A stretch of 47,959 nt of DNA, filler included, from Trypethelium eluteriae (Eukaryota), in NCBI GenBank assembly GCA_051942245.1. It is 2 parts of 2 records of this genome, joined end to end, with 100 filler letters (N's around TTAATTAATTAA, not from the genome) between each part and the next. Parts side by side here need not be neighbours in the genome. Positions count along the whole stretch, not along the records: positions 1 to 23,966 come from JAVECL010000410.1; 1 more part is not named here. The stretch is one strand, 5' to 3'. The notes beneath the pieces are model-generated. The model saw nothing but the letters and a program-made list of their open reading frames with translations. It had not been told where the DNA came from and did not search any database. Made by a program: the position numbers and the translations under genes. This document shows, in pieces, positions 1 to 11,274 of the stretch (its first letter is position 1; every line of letters starts with the position of its first letter).

Positions 1-139
1 ACAAGACGTTAGAAGTGTAATCTAATACTTTTTGAATCTATATAATCTAGTTGTGGATAATTAATGGGTACAAAAGCATTGAGGGGTGGTGGGGTTGATC
101 AGCTCGCCCGGGTGATCAGCTCACTTGTGAAACACGTTA
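1..139. mobile_element. Terminus of a Fot1/pogo-type (Tc1-mariner superfamily) DNA transposon; TIR about 95-137 followed by TA target site
   Basis: Read on the minus strand the end is TA|ACGTGTTTCACAAGTGAGCTGATCACCCGGGCGAGCTGATCAACCCC: terminal ACGT next to TA and a twice-repeated GAGCTGATCA motif, as in fungal Fot1/Pot-like TIRs. Bases 1-80 are AT/TpA-rich. The partner TIR is outside the window. Confidence 0.6.
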
Positions 140-448
140 AGACGTGATCAATGGATCACACCCTACCGTCTAGGAGGAGAGAATCGGCACGGAATATCGT
201 GAGCCCGATCGGGCAGAAAAACTACCGATGACCGTCTGTTATCCCAAGTTTTGAATGTTGTTGGACCCACCGATCCAAGCCTCCAGCTGGAATGAGTGAG
301 ATTTTTAAAAGCTTACAAAAACTCAGCTTGGTGGGTCGCAAGGCCATAAACTCTGAGCCGCCATCAGAATTCAACCTTTCTCTTATTTTACCGACATTGT
401 TTTGATACCTGCATCTCGACTGCTAGCACTTCTGTTTCTTGCACAAAG

Positions 449-1687
449 ATGGCTGCCTCGAAGAAGATCGTCATCCTGGGTGGTTCGTACGGCGGCGTTT
501 CTGCTGCCCACTATCTTCTCAAGCATGCCATTCCCTATCTGCCTGAAAAAGCCTCGTACCAAGTCGTTATTGTCAGCACGGCCTCACATGCTTTCTGCCG
601 ACCTGCCTGCCCTCGCGCGATGATATCGGACGAAATGTTCACCCAAGAAAAGCTCTTTGTCAGCATCCCGAAATCATTTGAGCAGTACGCCAAGGAAAGC
701 TTCCGCTTCGTTCATGGCACAGCAACAGAACTTGACCACACCAGCCGAACCGTAACCATCAGCTTAGCAGACGGCGACACTGAGAGGCTTGATTTCTACG
801 CTCTTGTCATCGCAACTGGGGCATCCACTGCGTCCCCCCTGCTTAGCCTGAATGGGGATGTAGATTTCCTGCGAAAGAATTGGACTGAGTTTCGGAAAGC
901 GCTGGCCACTGCGAAGACCATCGTGGTTGGTGGCGGAGGTCCCGCGGGAGTCGAGTGCGCCGGCGAGCTTGGCGAGTACCTTAATGGTCGCGCCGGTTGG
1001 TTTAGCTCGAAGCTGGCAAATCCGAAAGTCTCCGTTACTATCGTGAATGCCGGATCGAAGCTTTTGCCTGCTCTCCGCCCCTCCCTTGCGAACAAAGCTG
1101 AGCAATATCTCGCCAAAGTGGGCGTGACTGTCGTCAAGAACGCCAGAATTACTAGTGTAAGCCCTCAAGGTGCGGGGACAGATAGCGTTGCGAGCAAAGC
1201 AACGGTGACATTGGAGAATGGCAAGACGCTGGATGCCGATATCTACATTCCCGCGACTGGCACGAAACCAAACACAGGTTTCGTCAATGAAGAGCTACTC
1301 GGCTCAGACGGCCGTGTGGACACCAACGCTTCAACCTTGCGTGTCGACAAAGCCGGGCCACGCGTCTATGCTGTTGGAGATGTTGCATCATACGCGCGTC
1401 CTGCTGTTCATCTCATTCTTAATGCAATTCCCGTCCTTTGTGCAAACATCAAACGCGATCTCCTGCTGGACTCCGGGAAAGAGAAGGGCTCTACTGGCGA
1501 GGATCGCACGTTCGAAGAGGATACTCGTGAGACGCAGATGGTTCCGATTGGCAAGAGCAAGGGCGTTGGCGCCGCGATGGGTTACCAGTTGCCCAGCTTC
1601 ATGGTATGGCTGATCAAAGGAAGAGACTACTGGCTATGGACGGTTGGGCGTCTGTGGAGCGGAAAGCAGTGGGCGAAAGAATCATGA
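449..1687 (+). CDS. AIF/AMID (FSP1)-like FAD/NAD(P)H-dependent oxidoreductase, 412 aa, intronless
   Basis: N-terminal FAD motif IVILGGSYGG, LVIATG, NAD-binding VVGGGGPAGVECAGEL, and VYAVGD second FAD motif. Confidence 0.9.
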   Translation: MAASKKIVILGGSYGGVSAAHYLLKHAIPYLPEKASYQVVIVSTASHAFCRPACPRAMISDEMFTQEKLFVSIPKSFEQYAKESFRFVHGTATELDHTSRTVTISLADGDTERLDFYALVIATGASTASPLLSLNGDVDFLRKNWTEFRKALATAKTIVVGGGGPAGVECAGELGEYLNGRAGWFSSKLANPKVSVTIVNAGSKLLPALRPSLANKAEQYLAKVGVTVVKNARITSVSPQGAGTDSVASKATVTLENGKTLDADIYIPATGTKPNTGFVNEELLGSDGRVDTNASTLRVDKAGPRVYAVGDVASYARPAVHLILNAIPVLCANIKRDLLLDSGKEKGSTGEDRTFEEDTRETQMVPIGKSKGVGAAMGYQLPSFMVWLIKGRDYWLWTVGRLWSGKQWAKES

Positions 1688-2099
1688 TGAGCAGCTTGAT
1701 TTTCCTAGAAGGCCTGGCCGCTCAAGGAAGACAACGAGTAGATGCGTCAACTGATCGGGAGGAGCACATCATCAACCACAAGACCCTCCGACCTCGAGTA
1801 GTTGAAACACTGCTCGTAGATCGCAAGTTTCAAGGAAAGTACCCTGGCTGGCTCTATTTCTTCTGTATCTTCCTGCTGTGTTATAGCTGGGAGGCGTTCC
1901 ATTCCCACCGTAATTCTTTCACCGGTATAATAATATTAGGAAGTTGTAAAGAGGATATCGATATATCGATAGGTGGGACATAAGCCTGGAAACTTGGATT
2001 TCGTAATTTTGCTAATCCATCTACTCGGTGTACCATTTTCGCTAGAGCGCATTACTCGGCGTCCAGTCAGCAAAATCTCTAATGACCCTTCTGCATGAG

Positions 2100-2520
2100 C
2101 TACCCTCGTTGTATCGGTTGGAACTATCATGGGATACGGCAAAATAGCCGAGGTAATCGTGGATCTTAATAAGCGCGCTGACTGGGAAGTCATGCACATT
2201 GAGCAGCCTTCGAGGTGTGTCTCGGTCCCATCAGGTAATCGTCTGCTTTCCTCGTCAAGCCTCCGCTGAAGCATGGGAACCCAAAAATGGCGAGTGCAAC
2301 GCTTTGACGAGAAATCGCGTGTTAGGATCCTCTAGCGCGCCATTTTCACCCCGATCAAAGCATCTGTGAATACCTGGTGGCCGAGTTTGTGCAAGGCAAA
2401 GCATACTGCTAGTAGCATTAGAAATGAGCCAGTCTGGCCCTTGGATCGGGCACAGTCAATGCAAGCCTCGCCCATTCTGGAAAGTCTCTGTGATCCACCG
2501 GCTCAACTTGGCCGAACCCT
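2100..2520 (-). pseudogene. Decayed HET-domain gene fragment
   Basis: Minus strand 2220-2122 reads PRRLLNVHDFPVSALIKIHDYLGYFAVSHD, matching the PxRLL(D/N)V...Y.A(L/V)SH start of fungal HET domains. No intact ORF; boundaries approximate. Confidence 0.5.
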
Positions 2521-2893
2521 CTGTCGAATCCAGAGTTGAACAAATCGCTGATGAATTACATAGTCGGGAAAGTTGCTCACCATTACCGTTCAAGATGCGC
2601 TGACTGAGCTGCATCCGCAAGAGCCGAGAGGGTCCACGGTGATGTAGGGCAATCCATTATTCTTAAGTAATGCTTGCGAATTCCTGTTCGCGATGGACTG
2701 CAGACATGTGAGATACGCCAGTATCCTCAGATCCAAGGATAGATATTAGCGGTCTTTATGCCGTTTCGGTTCATGGTAGGATGGAAAGACTGGTTAGCTA
2801 ATTGACGTGCCGCGTACCCCTCGGCCGTGTTGTCAGTCATTCATTATTTCACCGATTCGCTATTCTGCATGCTCTTGCGTCAAGCGTCCTGAC

Positions 2894-2972
2894 GGGCGCT
2901 GGTGGGCGCTGGTGGGCGCGATTTAGAGGGCGCGATTTAGAGGGCGCTATCAGCCGTCCGCTATTACCTAAT
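2894..2972. repeat. GGGCGC-core tandem array (2x GGGCGCTGGT, 2x GGGCGCGATTTAGA) followed by ATTACCTAAT
   Basis: GGGCGC starts at 2894, 2904, 2914, 2928 and 2942; ATTACCTAAT at 2963-2972. Confidence 0.85.
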
Positions 2973-2998
2973 GCGTGAACCCCGAAGAGGCCTCCACC

Positions 2999-3024
2999 CA
3001 TCCACCATCCACCATCCACCATCC
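2999..3024. repeat. (CATCCAC) x about 3.7 short tandem repeat
   Basis: Directly visible: catccac catccac catccac catcc. Confidence 0.85.
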
Positions 3025-3936
3025 TCTCATCTAGCCATCCAACGTGGTCGGACCCTGAGCCTGCGATTGACTATCGGCGGGATCCTCCGAGGCCGCGTTC
3101 GGTCGGCGGCATCGCGGGGAGGCGTTGGAGGGTCGAGGCGTGGACCGCAGCCGCCGGGAAGGGTGGCTTGGGCACTTCCCACCGCTCCTCGCTAACCAGG
3201 CACCGCTGGGGTCGCTGGGGTGCTAAACACCCTGGAACCACGAGGACGACGCTTCTCCTTCGCTTACCTTCAGCCTCGTACTTGTATGACAATGCAACCC
3301 AAGCACTTTGTCGCCAAGTCGTCGTCGCCGTTCGTCCAACCTTCTAGCTGAGACGCCTCGTGGGCACCAACTATCTCTAACCTGTCGCGGCAGCTCATCA
3401 CCATTCGAGACCCACTGCATCGGCCGAAGGATTCGACGCTGTGTCTTACTTGCTCATCTTACCCGCGTTGTCGTCTTATCTGGAGCATCCCGCTCATCCT
3501 CCAAGTCGCTGCAGCCCCCTTCTTGAGTTTAATGCAGAGATCGACCTAAAGCTTTTTGTTGAACGATGGCCCATGGATTCAGCTACAGAGGGTCATTTGT
3601 TGCTGCTTCTTTATAGAGCCAAAGGTGTAAGGGAAAGTGTCGGTTCTCTGAGTTGTTGAGGCTGAAAGCACGGAGTATCAAAGGCATATCAAGCTGAACA
3701 TCACGAAGGCAGCCACATGATTAGTGGAGCGTTGATCGGCGCACCATAGATCTTAAGTTTCCTTTTCTCATTGGCGCAACTGCCGAGAAGGATCCAACGG
3801 TTTCTGGACCGGACGTTTCCGAGCACGCGGCAAAGCCTCCAAAAGGGTCCTTCCAAGGAATCCTGAGGTGCCTGGCGCTGGTTTGGAAAATGCAAATGCC
3901 GCTCCTCGCTACGGCCCCGGCAAGATAATGTAAGAC

Positions 3937-4630
3937 GAGTCAATCAAACGCATTGACATTGAGAAGTTGCACTCCAGAGGCGCCTTCGCGATAGTGAGTT
4001 AGATTTAGCTCGAGAGATTGCCCGATCACGTTTTGGACGAAAAGGGCGTCAAAACAGAGGATCTGTACAGCCCCAGCGTCAGACATTGCTGCCACGTGCA
4101 TACGATACCTAGTACCTGGGCTATTTCCCCCCCCCTCCCCCGAGATGGCGCCAACCATTTTTAATAGCATGAAGGACGTGGTCGTTGCTCGAGCTATGCC
4201 AGCAGGCTCAGCCAATAGCTCAACAATCACGAGAACCGCCTTCGCCACTGCCCTGTCAACTATAGTCAGCCCAACGGAGAGACGGAAAACAAGATAGGCT
4301 TCAGACTCATAAAAAGGCGTGGCTATGTTTGCTCTGACTAATGATGTAATTCTAAGAAGTTTTCTCTCAAATACAACAAGTCATGAAGGGTTGTTGTAAT
4401 ACAGGAAACCCAAAAAATTATGGGATATTGGGGTGTGTCTAGGGATTTAGACTACTACTACTCTACAGACCTGTCTTGCAAGCAAAAGATTGTACCACCA
4501 GAATCTCTATTTCTACGCAAACCTATCGCAGCATTTGGAAAGTTTCATGAGACCCCCTCTGGGCCAGTTGGGACATTCCTTAGCTCCGAAAAATGAGACT
4601 AAGAGATAGGACAGGGTAGGCCGAGAGAAA
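3937..4630 (+). pseudogene. Possible decayed Ser/Thr protein kinase fragment
   Basis: Interrupted segments IEKLHSRGAFAIVS (Gly-loop-like), ILGCV (DxWSLGCV-like, about 4426-4440), LYFYANL, and a KM...D...RP-like end. Many stops and frameshifts; no HRD or DFG found. Confidence 0.3.
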
Positions 4631-4635
4631 GACCG

Positions 4636-4765
4636 CTCACCCGCACACGGGATAACGGCTTGTCGCCGCATAAAATAGCCAAGATTCGCACCATATATGT
4701 ATGGATCAGCGCAGTCCTATCAAGGCGCATTGTGGAGGAAGGGGCTAGGCATATCCTTATGCACC
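4636..4765 (+). pseudogene. Possible C-terminal region of a HET-domain protein (relic)
   Basis: Frame-shifted LT...D/RLVAA/IAK followed by SYQGALWRKGLGISLC, resembling the conserved LT...D.L.A..GIA......Y.AGLW...L...LLW block that follows HET domains. Confidence 0.35.
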
Positions 4766-5689
4766 ACACCAATGCATACAAAAGGTGGAATACATCTGTG
4801 TGACGTACAACGGCAGAAAGGCAAAATAACGCACCTCAGATAGCCAATCCTCGTCCCACTAACATCGCTCAAGCAATGATCGCTATGTTTGCTTTTATCA
4901 AGCAGATCCACTTCGCCTGGACAGCTTGACCCATGACAAGGGTAAAGCGTTAACTGCCCTACCACCAAGGTGGCCTGTCTATGCGCCGCCATCCTTGAGT
5001 AACTCAAATGGCCCGTGTCCCCACTCAAAACCCCCACCCGGAATGATGGGGAGAATTCTGCACCTTTGATTGACCAGGCGAAATCTTCCTATGGCTTTTA
5101 TCCGGTCATTAGAGTAGAGCCAGAAATCCTCGGACTTGCCCACATGCAGCAAATTCCTTCACTCAACGTCTCTTGCTTCCTTAGATGGAAACGGCTCCTC
5201 GACATCGGATGAAGTACAGTAGTCAACTCGGGGATTTGTAGTGAACCATAGCAACAAAAAAGCTTAGCACCTTAGGATTGATTGGCTCAGCTTCGTCAGG
5301 TAAAGATCGACCACTTTCCAGATGGGGAAGAGAGCGCTAATGCACGTAGATGTCCGACGCAGGAAATTTCGTGTACGTGCGACGCCCTCGTCTGAACGTC
5401 TCGCGCAAAAGCTCCTCCGAGACCTGCCTATCTCTTCCAACGTAAGCTTCTTACACCATCCTGCCTGGTCAAATATCCACAAGATGCATACGCGGTCGTG
5501 GACCGAGAAATATTTTACTGCTGTCTCAACGGGCATATCACTTAATCCGTTTAGACGTGTTCTAGAACGCCGTTCTGTGGAAGTTCCTTGAGATGATCTT
5601 TTGACTAGACTGAGACATCCCCACTTAGACCGCTCAAGCTATGACTTGGATACATCGACAATGTACCGGTCAGACACTTTTCTGACTCG

Positions 5690-6200
5690 ACCTTTTTCTT
5701 GACAAGGACTCGATCAACTGGACTCGCATCTCAACAAAAGTCTGTCCGCAGACGTGGTACAGTCAGGGGAGGCCTCGAACCTTGCATTTTGACCGCTGGG
5801 CCTTTTATCTGCGTCAAGCAGCCTTCCTGTATCATTTCATGCTGATGATACAGGATGATCGTTGCACTAGTCTGGAAAGCGCTGCCGACGATCTTCCATT
5901 GGCACATTCTTGAAATACGGGAGGGAGGGCCTGACTAGGAATTTGGCCCGAGGTGCATCCCCATCGACCTGGCGCCCGACGGGGTCAATAGCTATGTACC
6001 TAGAGAAAGCATCAATGGCAAGGTTTTTCCTACTGGAGTTTCTAAAGGGAAATGCATCACCGGTGTGTCAAGATTCAGCCAAGTCGAGGAGCATACGACC
6101 GGTGTATTCACATTTAGCAATAGCTCTTGCTGGAGCATGAACCATGCAGCAATCTATCCACTATGTGAACGCAATCAAAGGATATGGTTTGGGGGCCGAC
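5690..6200 (+). pseudogene. Decayed NB-ARC (NLR-like) gene fragment
   Basis: In order: LDQLDSHL...PCILTAG (pre-P-loop region), FHADD, LVW/AADDL (Walker B-like), and ARFFLLEFL...DSAK...HLAIALAGA*TMQQSIHY (GLPLA-like helical region). P-loop itself lost. Confidence 0.4.
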
Positions 6201-6869
6201 TTCACAAAGAGAACACCCTTAGATAATAAAAAAAGTGCCTGATGCTGCGGACCCTATCATCTGTGGAATTAGGTAGCCTGCCAGGACCTCTATCACGTCA
6301 GCAAAGATAAGCCGTCTCATACACTACATCTTTACGTCTCGGAGGGCGATCTGCGGGTGAGTAGCAACATTTAATTTCTGGAAAGTTATCTCATCATACT
6401 GATCCAAATATCCACAACGACATGGGCAGTCATGTCAAGTCTACACTGACGACTTTGATGTTGCATGTGATGTGTGAGAAGGCAATCTTATTAGGAAATT
6501 GGCAATCCTATCACGTGAATAGGAGTGAGGTTCGTGAATTGGCTACGTATATAGATATCCTCGCCTCCATAGCTTAATCTACAAGCTTTCACCACCCATT
6601 CAGTTGTTTGTTACAACATCAGACTTTCAACTCTACACTTTTCAATTTCTATGTACCTATCTGCTTCCGATTCTTCTGTTTCATGGTTTTAGAGGATGAG
6701 GAGTTGAGCTCCGGGGGGGCCTTACGTGATCGAAGGTGAGCAGGTAAGACATCAGACGGCAATTTTGTGAACCGACATGCAATCGAAGCCACACATATAC
6801 ATACTAGGATATGACGGTAGGGGTTTTTGTGGGTCAGATAAGAATCCTTCCTCTCTCATCTCTCAACCG

Positions 6870-9740
6870 TGTTGTCTCATGCCTTTGTCCTAGCTCGGAT
6901 AGAAGCTGGCAGCATGTCAAGCATCCGAGTTTTGCTTCTAGCCATTGACATCTTGCTATGGGAGAGAGGCAAACCAGCAGTTCTAGGGTCAATGTTAAGA
7001 CGACAGGAGCGACCGCAACCAATAAAAGTTCGTCATCGAGCTGTAAGATCCTTGAGAAATGAGGCTCAACACTATCATTTCGCTATTCGGCCAGGAGAAG
7101 GGACTATGCAAGCGCAGCCGACTTTTCAGTCTCCATTGCTGGTGGTTGATTGGCTACGAATGTCTATAGTAATTGTCCTCATTGCAGCGTCCAGGATCAA
7201 GTTGATCAATCAACTTGTGTGATAGGGTAGGGAAGAGCTAATTTCAGCTCGAACGCTCATTCCAGCATCAAGCATGTCTTTCTTGGCAGAGAATCAAATC
7301 ACTACTCCATAATCCCCCGCGAACATGCTTTCTCAAGCCCCCGAGGTATCTTTGGAAATTGTGGGTTTTTGTAGATGAGGATTGTCATGATAAACTCATG
7401 TCATAGGGAAAATGACTGAGCGTGTGGAGTCTTGTATGCGCAAGTAAAAGAAGCGTTGATCCGTCGCGAAGTGTTCGGCTTCTAGAGGCAGGCTTTGGTA
7501 GCCTCAAATGGAATTATCAAAGAAAGCTGCATTCGTGTAAACGAATGCTCTATTGGCCATGGTCGCAAGCACCGTCATCCCTTCCGAGAATATGGTGGCT
7601 ATGAGTGAGCACTATCCTGCCAGCAAAAGTGTTTGTAGACGGCAAAGAAAAAGAATGGCGACTAGAACAAGGAGGTTTCACCGCACAAAGTCTACCGTAT
7701 TGTCACTCCACTTACCCTTTGCTCACGTTCATCATATAAAAACGCATAATAGCCGCTGTTTGAGCTCTGCTAACTCTCTGAAGGAGGCGACAGCTGGAAC
7801 CAAAAGGCCAAGGTAAGGGTCCGGACTCTAAAACACAAAGGGATCATTATCCGTGGGACAGTCGAAGAAAATCATAGCCACTTCCTGAAATTGGTTTTAG
7901 AACTCGACTGTCTGGGACAGCAAGATCAATGTCAGCAAGAAAACCCCACTAACAGCAAAACAAGCTGAGCTATAATACATTACAGAGTCTATACTACCCC
8001 GTATTCTCGCCTTCCATTGACAAACCCCCATAGAGAGGTAGCTATCGCGATAGCGTGACGTATTGGAATCCTTTACTAACCATTTAGGGTGCTCTAGGAA
8101 GAACACACTAATATGAGATTATTTCCAAATCAAAGATACTGCGGACGGTATAATGGCAAGCCCTACCTACCTTTGTAAGCCAAGACGTGCAGTCTGTTCT
8201 GATTCAAAGTCCTTGATAGCTCCCATTTAGCACTAAGCTGTGCGGAGGCGGTTGTGATGTTTCAGAGCAGACAACTCTTTGGACATGACACGACGACTTG
8301 CAGAAATAAAGATAGGGACGATGGCAAAGGGTCTAATATGAACACGTCCAACGCTACGAAAATGAAACTGAGTTAAGTCAACTGTTCTGAAAGCTCTAGT
8401 ACTTTGCGATCGATGTAAAACGTAATGACCTCTCTACGGCCAGCAAGAAGGCATCTCGTGCAGCAAAAATCCTTAGGAGCATCCTTTATTGCTCAATTTA
8501 GATATATACAGTAGTCGTCGCTCTACGATATAAGGCTCCTGATTTGAGCACAGTGTCTTACACGACCTATTCTGGAGTATCACGGGAACATCGTTAGAGG
8601 CTTGACGACTCCAACTTAGCTATCTGCCAGATTCTTCAGGACGAAGCACGTGCGGAAGTTCCCAATTGATCGCGAAATGAGCTCGTCGACAGACTTGTAC
8701 ATCATGCTTGGGTGCTTACGCTGCTGGTGCTTCTCCGTCATATATGGATGTCTGGTATCTCGTATGATCAGTTTGGGGGCTTTGTAAAGGCAATGAACCG
8801 CGGTATCTGATTGAATACTTAAGACAACTTACTCTGAGTCCCCGGATCGTGGAAATAGAATGAAGTCGTTGTGTAGATGTGTGACTGCTGCGACCTATGC
8901 ATCATACGCGGTTGTCAAGATTGGCAGCCATGAGTCTGCCATTTGGAATACCTGCACCTGATCAAAATTATGATTGGGTCAGAATACTGAGTATATTATG
9001 TTTTGTTGTATAGATCTTCGCTATATTTACCATACGCTGTTGAAATCTGGACCTTTCAGAGAGTGCGGACACCAGAGACGGCAAAAAGAAAGGAGGGAGG
9101 ACCGGGAGCTCGGAGACTTCGATAATGTCAGCCCTGGGTCTTAGATACCTTGGTCACGCTTCATGTGAGTTTGGCGTATACTTTCCGAGAAGTAACAGGT
9201 TCAGACCCCTAATGACGATGATGTAAAGATTCTGGGTTTGTCAAGACTTGGCATTCCTGCTTGTTACATATCAAGACTCATTGAATTGTCGTCGTTCAGA
9301 GATAGGAAGACTGTGTGCAGTGAAGGAGGCTTAAAGTTTTCGAAAACCTTACAAACGTATGGGTCTGGCTGCTAGACAGATATAGCAAAATTCGGCGGGA
9401 CTCAGAATTGGCCTCTATCTATGTGTATGTGCACCCCTTTGAATAATAACGTGTGAAAATTTGGGAAGGTCATTGATCATGGCGCGAACCTTGTTGATGG
9501 CACCTGCGCACATTGCAATTTCTTTCAGTAAAGCTGGAAAAGGTATGCAAGAGATCGTACAGTCTATCTTTGTTATACGCCCCCTTACCTACACTTTACA
9601 TCTGGTTGACAGATCTAGAGGATATCGGAAATATGGTCACAAAGTTGAGACTTACATTCGCTACCTTCTTGGCCACTCAATCTCTTCCATTCATGGGTCA
9701 AATACGACGGCCTTCAGAAATCATAATTCGTCATAGGACC
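6870..9740 (+). pseudogene. Decayed NACHT + ankyrin-repeat (NLR-like) gene
   Basis: KHPSFAS (6919-6939), LLWERGKPAVLGSMLR (degenerate LLWIxGKPGxGKSTL, 6953-7000), LWVFVDEDC (Walker B-like, about 7359-7385), LVCASKR (SSRP-like, about 7430-7451), then ankyrin-like IDHGAN, AHIAI...GMQEIVQSI and TLHLV...GH...IRYLLGH (9472-9675). Order and spacing fit NACHT-ANK; many stops and frameshifts. Confidence 0.55.
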
Positions 9741-11274
9741 GCGAATTCCCATTCTGTTATCCAGTTCTCATACAATCCATTGCTTGGACAGGGGTTGGGG
9801 GGATGAGGGTCGTGCATGGTGGGACTGTGATCATAGAGCGTTAGAGTAGTTGAGATTTGGTCGGAATGGGAGATCCAGCAGCTGTAGCACAGGAGCATCA
9901 ATCCGTTGCTTCCGAGAAGTATTGTGCGTCAGACATCCAGAGATGCATCAGCATTCGTGGTCTCTAGCCAAGTCTTCTTCCACCATAACTTGTCATCGTA
10001 GCTTTATAGTACTCTTTCCTTCTACATTCAGTCGAGAGCTGTGGACTCGATTAAGAATCTTGGGTTTAATGATGAATGAGGTGAGCGTAAACGATCGATT
10101 GCCCTCCAAAAAAGAGTGAGTGAGAGTCTGAAGGTGGCTACAGAGAGACTCCAAATCAATGCAGAGGAAAATTACAATCCAGCAACCAAGTACAAGAGGG
10201 AAGAAGTTCGAGATGAAGGCTAGATGGACACATGACACAGAAATAACTACACAGGAAGGTAACAGAGGCCCGGTCTATTCGCTGCGCAGGTACCATACAG
10301 GATAGAGACCGAACTTCCCACGCGCGTTGGGTAGAGTGGTACGAGCAAGATATCGCTGAACGTTAGACTTCTGGAATCTAGGTCCACGCCCGTGATCGAG
10401 CCTTTAGCATTCCTAACTCAGACTTGTCTCATGCGACAAGGCGTAAATGGCATCATCGAAGAGTCGGTCGATTGGCGTTGCGAGGCTTGAGACGGAAGAA
10501 AGGGTGCGGTGAAATATATAATTAGAGGGGGGCATGGCCATCTGCCTGGGAAGGCGGTAATTACGAGGGAACTTCAAGTGAGCACTGCACATTGGTCAGC
10601 GGAATTGATAAGTGACAAGGGGATTTAGAAGGACTTTTGAGGTTGGATCCGCTGTGCAGGTATGGGATGCGGTGGGATCATAGAAGATAAGAGGAAGTAT
10701 TATTAACAGGAGAGTGATTCGGGATTCGGAGTTGTCCTGCATCCGGTCGAGTCAAGTCTCATAAGTGTGCAGCGGCCTCAGGCATCACGCCTTGGAGGTG
10801 ACCCCACATGGCCACATGACATAAACAATGTAGAAATCAAAGATCTAACCACCTTAGCTACTACCGTCCTCCCCTCAGGACGCCGACCCCCAGAAAGTCG
10901 GGATGTTTTCGCCCTCATCAGTCACTTCGACGGCATACAAATGCTTGACTAGTCATCTTGATAAAGTCTTTCTATTCTATCGGAAGTAATGGTGTCCACT
11001 GGCGGTGTCGCTTATCTCTCTCTTAGTCTTTCGACAGATTGGCTTTACGACCAAACCATGGGCTTTTGCAAAGGTCCACACGGCTCCCCGACCCTCCACC
11101 AAAGCATTCCTCCTACATAGGGGAGAATGAAAGCATCCCAGTACCATTCTTGAGCGCAGAAAACAGACCCAAGTTAAGGAACTGGGCCAAACCACAGGAA
11201 AGGCTCATTGCCGAATATGTCCGAAAGCAATAGAGCATGGGCGCATCTTCAACCAGGCCAATGCTCATGGCCTT

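Noticed and set aside
5825..5855. Perfect 11-bp inverted repeat TCCTGTATCAT / ATGATACAGGA with a 9-nt loop
   Set aside because: Isolated, inside pseudogene debris, and one such hairpin in 48 kb is not clearly beyond chance.
9800..10950. Possible further gene relic
   Set aside because: Some coding-like stretches, but no motif I could assign to a family.
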